64,000 bases of DNA from contig CBDAOI010000004.1 in assembly GCA_965198005.1 (NCBI GenBank), positions 1,792,001 to 1,856,000 of the forward strand, in the 5' to 3' direction. A program made the position numbers and the translations under genes. Shown here in pieces: positions 58,102 to 64,000 of this stretch (position 1 is the stretch's first letter; every line of letters begins with the position of its first letter). The stretch is from Spirochaetia bacterium. Lineage in GTDB: Bacteria > Spirochaetota > Spirochaetia > SZUA-6 > Bin103. Under the pieces are notes generated by a model that saw only the letters and a list, made by a program, of their open reading frames with translations, was not told where the DNA came from and ran no database searches.

Positions 58102-58909
58102 GCCGGCCGCCGGCCTGGACGAGCTGCTGGCCGGCACCCTGGCCGAGGTGCGGGCCGGACGGCTGGAGGTCGCGGCGGCACTGGAGCGGCTGCGCGACTT
58201 TCCGGTGGATGCCAGTCTGGCCGACGCCCGGCTCGATACCCACCGCGAGCTGCGTACCGGCGTCGCCGAGGTGGTGCTGTGCGCGGGCAAGACCGCGGAC
58301 CAGGTGGCCGGGATCATGCAGCGGCTGCGCGCCCATCACGGCCGCGCGCTGGGCACCCGCGCCACGCCGGAGCTGGCGCGCGCGGTATGCAAGCGGCTGC
58401 CCGCGGCGGCGTACGATCCGGTGTCGCGGCTGCTGAAGCTGGCGGGGGGCGAGCGCGCGGTCGACGGGAAGGCGGCGCCGGGGGCGGAGGGGTCGGTCAC
58501 CACGGCGCTGGTCAGTGGCGGCACCGCCGACCTGCCGGTGGCGGAGGAGGCGGCGCAGACCCTGGAGTTTCTCGGCTGTCCGGTGGAGCGGCTGTACGAC
58601 GTGGGGGTAGCGGGCGTGCACCGGCTGCTGGCGGTGCGGCCGCGGCTGCAGCGCGCCGCGGTGGTGATCAGCGTAGCCGGCATGGAAGGCGCTCTCACCA
58701 GCGTCGTGGCGGGGCTGGTGGCGGCGCCGGTGATCGGGGTTCCCACCAGCGTCGGGTACGGCGCCAATCTGGGCGGCGCGGCGGCGTTGCTGGCGATGCT
58801 CAACACCTGCGCCGGCGGAGTGGCGGTGGTGAACGTCGACAACGGCTTCGGGGCGGCGTTGATGGCGCACGCGATCGTCGGCCGCATCCGCAGCGCCGCC
58901 CGCACATGA
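58094..58909 (+). CDS. larB: Nickel-pincer cofactor biosynthesis protein LarB
   Basis: GTADLPVAEEA, DVGVAG, AGMEGAL, PTSVGYG, NVDNGFGA. Confidence 0.94.
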   Translation: MAEPAAGLDELLAGTLAEVRAGRLEVAAALERLRDFPVDASLADARLDTHRELRTGVAEVVLCAGKTADQVAGIMQRLRAHHGRALGTRATPELARAVCKRLPAAAYDPVSRLLKLAGGERAVDGKAAPGAEGSVTTALVSGGTADLPVAEEAAQTLEFLGCPVERLYDVGVAGVHRLLAVRPRLQRAAVVISVAGMEGALTSVVAGLVAAPVIGVPTSVGYGANLGGAAALLAMLNTCAGGVAVVNVDNGFGAALMAHAIVGRIRSAART

Positions 58910-60114
58910 AGCTGGCCTACGTCGACTGCATCGCCGGCGTGAGCGGCGACATGCTGCTCGGCGCGCTGGTGGACGCCGGCGTTCCGGCGGACGAGTTGCG
59001 GCGGCGCCTGGCGGCGCTGGAGCTGCCCGGCTTCGAGCTGGCGCTGCGCCCGGTGCGGAAGCGGGGAATTGCGGCGCTGCAGGCGGAGGTCACGGTCACC
59101 GACCGGCGGACCGAGCGGCACCTGCCCGAGATCGTCGAGCTGGTGGAGCGCAGCGCGGTTCCGGCGCCGATCAGGCGGCGCGCGCGCGCCATCTTCGAAC
59201 GGCTCGGTGAGGTCGAAGCGGCGATTCACGGCACCAGCGTGGAACGGGTCCATCTGCACGAGTTGGGCGGCATCGACACCATCGTCGACGTGGTCGGAGT
59301 GCTGACCGGCTTCGAGCTGCTCGGCGCCGAGCGGGTCGAGTGCTCGCCGCTGCCGCTGGGGCGCGGGTTCGTGGACTCCGCCCACGGCCGGCTGCCGGTG
59401 CCCGCGCCCGCGACCGTGGCGTTGCTGGAAGGAGTGCCGATCGCCGGCAGCCCGGTGGACGGCGAGCTGGTGACCCCCACCGGGGCGGCCCTGGTCACGG
59501 CGCTGGCCGCGGGCTTCGGGGCGCTGCCGGCGATGACGCTGAGCGCCACCGGCTACGGCGCCGGCCGCGCCGACCGCGCGATTCCCAACGTGGTCCGCCT
59601 GCTGGTGGGCGAGCGTGTGGACGAGGGGGCGGCCGCCGGGCCGCCGTCCACGCAGCCCGCCACGCTCACCACGCTCACCATGCTGGAGACCAACATCGAC
59701 GACATGAATCCCGAGCTGTACGAGTACGTCAGCACGCGGCTGTTGGCGGACGGGGCGCTGGAGGTGTTCACGCAGCCGGCGGCGATGAAGAAGAACCGAC
59801 CGGGCACCTTGCTGAGCGTGTTGTGCCGGCCGCGGCAGGCGGCGGCGCTACGCCGTCTGCTGTTCCGGGAGACTACCACCATCGGGGTGCGCGAGTATGC
59901 CGTGGCGCGCCACGCGCTGGAGCGGGAGACGCGCACGGTGGCGACCCGGTACGGCCCGTTGCGCGTGAAAGTGGTGCAGGGCGAGGGCCTCGAGCCGCGC
60001 TGGGCGCCCGAGTACGAGGACTGCCGGCGGCTGGCCGAGCAGAGCGGGGCGCCGTTGCAGGCGGTGTATCAGGCCGGATTGACGGCCGCGGAGGGGTGCT
60101 CGGCGGCCGAGTGA
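58906..60114 (+). CDS. larC: Nickel insertase LarC
   Basis: GVSGDM, VHLHELG, PVPAPAT, ETNIDD, MKKNRPG, PEYED. Confidence 0.94.
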   Translation: MKLAYVDCIAGVSGDMLLGALVDAGVPADELRRRLAALELPGFELALRPVRKRGIAALQAEVTVTDRRTERHLPEIVELVERSAVPAPIRRRARAIFERLGEVEAAIHGTSVERVHLHELGGIDTIVDVVGVLTGFELLGAERVECSPLPLGRGFVDSAHGRLPVPAPATVALLEGVPIAGSPVDGELVTPTGAALVTALAAGFGALPAMTLSATGYGAGRADRAIPNVVRLLVGERVDEGAAAGPPSTQPATLTTLTMLETNIDDMNPELYEYVSTRLLADGALEVFTQPAAMKKNRPGTLLSVLCRPRQAAALRRLLFRETTTIGVREYAVARHALERETRTVATRYGPLRVKVVQGEGLEPRWAPEYEDCRRLAEQSGAPLQAVYQAGLTAAEGCSAAE

Positions 60115-62348
60115 GTGCTCACGTGTCGCCGCACGATGGCCAGGATCTCCGGGCCGTAACGCTGCGCCTTGGCGGGCCCGATGCCGTGGGCGAATTCCAG
60201 GTCGGCGACCGTGTTGGGCCGCAGCACGGCGATGTCGCGCAGGGTCCGATCGCTGGCGATGACGTACGGCGGCACCTGCTGGCGGCTGGCCTGGGCGATG
60301 CGAAACGCCCGCAACGCCTCGAACAGCGCGCGGCCGGCGTGATCGAGCTCGCCGGCCGCGGCGGCCAGCGCGGGCGCCGCCATCCGGGCGCGGCCGCCGC
60401 CGGGTGAGGGAGGCCGGGTGCGGGTGAGGCGCGGCAGCAGCAGCCGCGCCGGCCGCCGGGCGTCGATCACCGCCCGTCCCTCCGGCGTGAGCACGGCCAG
60501 CGGCCGGTCGCCGCCCGTGAAGTCCACCCAGCCGGCGGTCACGCACCGCCGCAACAGGCGCAGCAGCCACTCTTCCGGGTAGCGGGCCAGCACGCCGAAG
60601 GTCGGGGTGCCATCGAGACCGGTCCGGCACAGGCGCTCGTCGGGCGCGCCCTTGAGCAGCTTCACCGCGGCCGCCAGGCCGAAGCGGTGGTGCACGCGCG
60701 CCACCCCGCACAGCGCCTTGCGGACCAGGTCGGTGGCGTGCTCGTCGTCGCGCAGCTCGGTCTGGGCGAGCTGCAGGCAGACGTCGCACCGGCCGCAGCC
60801 GGCCAGCGTTTCCTCTTCGTCGCCGAAGTAGCGGAGAATGGCGTCGTGGCGGCAGGCGCCGCCCTCGGCCCAGCGCATCAGTTCCAGGAACATCTGCCAC
60901 TTGTGGCCCACCAGCTCCGGATCGGTTGCGCCGTCGCCGTCGCGCTCGATCAGACGGCGGCGCAGCCCCATGTCTCCCGGCGAGATGAGCAGCAGGCAGA
61001 CGGCGGGCTGGCCGTCGCGGCCGGCGCGTCCCGCTTCCTGGTAGTAGGCCTCCAGCGAGCCGGGCGGCGCGAGGTGCGCCACGCAGCGCACGTCCGGCCG
61101 GTCGATGCCCATGCCGAACGCGTTGGTGGCCACCACCACCTGCAGCCGGCCGGCGCTGAACGCGCCCTGCACCCGGTCCCGGCGGCTGCCGTCCATGCCG
61201 GCGTGGTAGGCCGCCGCGGTCCATCCGCGTCCGCTCAGGCGTCCCGCCTCGGCTTCCGCCTCGCGCCGGGTCGGGGCGTACACGATCGCCGTACCGGAAG
61301 TGCCGGCGGCGCCGGCGGGCCCGGCGGGACCCGCGCCCGCAGCCCCTGGGTCCGCCGAGGCGCCGCAGTCACCGCCCGCGCCGGGGGTCCCCGCGGTCCC
61401 GGCGGCGTAGTCAGCGGCTGCGCTGGCGTTGCCGGCGCCCGCAGCCCCTGCTTCCGCCCGCGCGCCGTAGCCACCGCCGGCGCCGATTCCGTCCGGGCCG
61501 GCCGCCCCCGGCCGGCCGAGCGACTCCATCAGCACCCCGTCGATCCGGCGCGTGCGCTCCGCCTTGCTGGTCACCTCGGCCACGCGCAACGCGAGGTTGG
61601 GGCGCGCGAACCCGTGGATCAGTTGCGGCGTATCCGCCGGTAGCCCGAGCCGTTCCAGGATCTCGTCGCGCACCACGGGCGTGGCGGTGGCGGTGCAGGC
61701 CAGCACGCGCGCCCGCGGCAGGAGCTGCAACAGCTCGTGGAGCTGGAGGTAGTCGGGGCGGAAGTCGTGCCCCCAGGCGCTGATGCAGTGCGCCTCGTCG
61801 ATCGCCACCAATGGACAGGTGACGTGCGCCAGCGTCGACCGCAGCCGGTCCGACGCCAGCCGTTCCGGGGCGACGTAGACCAGCTTGTAGGCGCCCGCGG
61901 TCAGACCGGCGACCCGGCGCCGCACCTCGTCCGGCGGCAGGGTGGCCGCCAGATAGGTGGCCGCGATGCCGCGCGCGGCCAGTGCCGCCACCTGATCGTG
62001 CATCAGGGCGATCAGCGGCGACACCACCACCGTCGTGCCGGGCAGCAGCGTCGCCGGCAGTTGGTAGGTCAGACTCTTGCCGCCGCCGGTGGGCGCCACC
62101 AGCAGCAGCCGTCCGGTCGCCAGCAGGGTGCTGATCGCCGCGCGCTGCCCGGGCCGGAACCGGACCAGTCCCAGCCGCCGCAGCCCGGCCTCCAGCGCCG
62201 CCGCGTCCGCCCCGGCCTCCCCCTGCTCCCGCGGTTCCCGTTGCACGGGCGGCACCGCCACGTCCGCCCCGCCGCCGGTGCTGCCCCCGACCGCCGCCGC
62301 CGCGTCCGCCGCCACGCCCGCCCCGGCAAACAGTTCTCCCTGCGTCAT
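60069..62348 (-). CDS. recQ: RecQ-family DNA helicase (RQC and HRDC domains)
   Basis: PTGGGKS, DEAHC, WGHDFRP, YYQEAGRAGRDG, PPYVIA. Confidence 0.93.
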   Translation of the reverse strand: MTQGELFAGAGVAADAAAAVGGSTGGGADVAVPPVQREPREQGEAGADAAALEAGLRRLGLVRFRPGQRAAISTLLATGRLLLVAPTGGGKSLTYQLPATLLPGTTVVVSPLIALMHDQVAALAARGIAATYLAATLPPDEVRRRVAGLTAGAYKLVYVAPERLASDRLRSTLAHVTCPLVAIDEAHCISAWGHDFRPDYLQLHELLQLLPRARVLACTATATPVVRDEILERLGLPADTPQLIHGFARPNLALRVAEVTSKAERTRRIDGVLMESLGRPGAAGPDGIGAGGGYGARAEAGAAGAGNASAAADYAAGTAGTPGAGGDCGASADPGAAGAGPAGPAGAAGTSGTAIVYAPTRREAEAEAGRLSGRGWTAAAYHAGMDGSRRDRVQGAFSAGRLQVVVATNAFGMGIDRPDVRCVAHLAPPGSLEAYYQEAGRAGRDGQPAVCLLLISPGDMGLRRRLIERDGDGATDPELVGHKWQMFLELMRWAEGGACRHDAILRYFGDEEETLAGCGRCDVCLQLAQTELRDDEHATDLVRKALCGVARVHHRFGLAAAVKLLKGAPDERLCRTGLDGTPTFGVLARYPEEWLLRLLRRCVTAGWVDFTGGDRPLAVLTPEGRAVIDARRPARLLLPRLTRTRPPSPGGGRARMAAPALAAAAGELDHAGRALFEALRAFRIAQASRQQVPPYVIASDRTLRDIAVLRPNTVADLEFAHGIGPAKAQRYGPEILAIVRRHVSTHSAAEHPSAAVNPA

Positions 62349-62513
62349 CCGCCGCCCCTTCCCGTTCCCGTGCACGCTCACGCCCGTGCCCAGCATATCA
62401 CCATGTCGCATTTCGCTACCCACTACGGCGCGATGTGCGATGGCGCTTGCCCAACGGTAGAGTTCATGCTGATCGTATCATCGTACGCCGTTGTTTCAAG
62501 GGGTGGCACTAAA

Positions 62514-62891
62514 TCAATCGCGTCTCTGATCGAACAACAGGTAGACCGCGAAGTCTCGTTTGTCGCTTGGCCGTGATCCGTTGAATTTCGTCATCGCTAT
62601 CCGAATACCCTTCGGGTACTTACTGATTTCCTTGGCATTCTTACAGCGGTCTCTGGCCTTTCTATGGCCCATCGCTCGATAAACCTGGATCCACGCTCGT
62701 TCGCTATACCCGCTGGTTCCCGGTCTACCGACGATCATGTCGGCATTGGATGCTGTGATGCAGTGGAACACGGCATAGTAGATCGTGCTTATTGCTCTCC
62801 GTAGATCGGTCCCCAACGGCCTCCCAGGTCCGGAGTGGTTCAGCAATCTATCGGATGTTGTGAGGAGATCAGACGGATTGACTGCTGGCAT
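62514..62891 (-). CDS. HEPN-like protein, probably internally deleted
   Basis: DLRRAISTIYYAVFH; no RxxADY-type segment before the C-terminal helix. Confidence 0.55.
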   Translation of the reverse strand: MPAVNPSDLLTTSDRLLNHSGPGRPLGTDLRRAISTIYYAVFHCITASNADMIVGRPGTSGYSERAWIQVYRAMGHRKARDRCKNAKEISKYPKGIRIAMTKFNGSRPSDKRDFAVYLLFDQRRD

Positions 62892-63186
62892 TCAACTCCG
62901 TCCACTCCGTTCTTTCCATGAATAACGGGACGGGAAACTCCTCCACCCCGATATCAACGAGCTTCTCGCGGAGCTCTGTGAGCCATCCGACTGTCCATTC
63001 CTCATCGAACTCGTCCAGGCTGCCGTCGACCACAATCAATATGTAAAGGAACCGGTCTTCGTCGTCGTACTGGTCTCTGTTCGCCTCGATAGGATCGAGG
63101 GTCACTTTCCCCTTGAAATGATCTTCCAGACCATCCCGTACGATGTTCTCAATCTTGCCCAGCACCTCATCTCGCACGTCGGCCAT
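62869..63186 (-). CDS. Small acidic protein, probable antitoxin partner of the HEPN-like gene
   Basis: Overlapping gene pair; D-rich beta-strand pattern; GAGG RBS. Confidence 0.6.
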   Translation of the reverse strand: MADVRDEVLGKIENIVRDGLEDHFKGKVTLDPIEANRDQYDDEDRFLYILIVVDGSLDEFDEEWTVGWLTELREKLVDIGVEEFPVPLFMERTEWTELNASSQSV

Positions 63187-63333
63187 GTACTCGCCTCCTC
63201 AGCGGGACGCTGCTTCCTGGTGACACGGTTGCCACGACAAACCTGATCGTAGCGCTGGTTTTCCGATATGGTCAACATTACCGGTCTCGCGACCGAGACA
63301 TTGCAGCCTGCTATACTGGAGCCGGTGAAGAAC

Positions 63334-64000
63334 ATGCAGCACGTTCGGAATAGCCGGCCGGCGGCGGTGTGGTGGGGGGTGCTGGCGGTGGCGGCGCTGG
63401 TGCCGGTTGCGGCGCCGGCGCCGGCCGCGTACGCGGGCGAGGTGCAGGTCGCGGTGGCGGCCAACTTCGCCGCGGCCGCGGGCGAGCTGGGACCGCGGTT
63501 CGAGCAGGCTGCCGGTCACCGCGCGCGGTTCAGCTTCGGCTCAACCGGCCGGTTGTACGCGCAGATCACCCAGGGCGCGCCGTACGAGGTGTTTCTGGCC
63601 GCGGACCGGGTGCATCCGCAGCGCGCCGTGGCCGCCGGCTACGCGGTGCCGGACACGACCTTCACCTACGCCACCGGCCGGCTGGTGCTGTTCAGCGCGG
63701 ACCGCGCGCTGGTGACCGGCCGCGGAACCCTGACCGGCACCGACTACACGCGGCTGGCGATACCCAATCCCAGGCTCGCGCCGTACGGCAGCGCCGCGGT
63801 GGCCGCGCTGCGGGCGCTCGGCGTGTACGACCAGGTGCAGCCGCGGCTGGTGTTCGGCAACAACGTGGCGCAGGCGTATCAGTTCGTGATCAGCGGCAAC
63901 GCCGAGCTCGGTCTGGTGGCGCTGGCGCAGGTGGCCACCCACGCCGGCGGGTCGCGCTGGCTGGTTCCCGCCGAGCTGCACCCGGCGCTGGAGCAGGACG
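63334..64000 (+). CDS. modA: Molybdate ABC transporter substrate-binding protein (runs off window end)
   Basis: VAVAANF, FGSTGRLYAQI..GAPYEVFLAA, LAPYG, NVAQA. Confidence 0.93.
   Translation, partial: MQHVRNSRPAAVWWGVLAVAALVPVAAPAPAAYAGEVQVAVAANFAAAAGELGPRFEQAAGHRARFSFGSTGRLYAQITQGAPYEVFLAADRVHPQRAVAAGYAVPDTTFTYATGRLVLFSADRALVTGRGTLTGTDYTRLAIPNPRLAPYGSAAVAALRALGVYDQVQPRLVFGNNVAQAYQFVISGNAELGLVALAQVATHAGGSRWLVPAELHPALEQD

Overview
High-GC bacterial DNA with two parts. About 1-28 kb is a heavily rearranged defence/mobile hotspot. It holds IS21, IS66, IS630 and IS1595 relics, a 297-bp MITE with a 9-bp target duplication, and a group II intron with its reverse transcriptase inside a shattered PhyH-family dioxygenase gene. 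Lower-GC, mostly minus-strand cargo modules (Panacea antitoxin, HicBA, large PIN + P-loop ATPase, AbrB-PIN, HEPN + KGGVGR ParA-like + P-loop ATPase, helicase + DUF2290) sit between repeated, diverged copies of the same host genes (YcgN-like, PilZ-like, MBL-fold hydrolase). About 28-64 kb is mostly metabolic: thiolase/acyl-CoA ligase/ADC-family, TPP enzyme, SDRs, vanadium haloperoxidase, aminotransferases, a transketolase-like protein, proVWX, SPL-like radical SAM + larEBC, recQ and modA. This part also has small cargo islands, a promoter/terminator-bounded structured non-coding RNA candidate, and a UGA-containing UxxC peroxiredoxin-like selenoprotein. All family assignments come from motif recognition by eye; no database searches were run.
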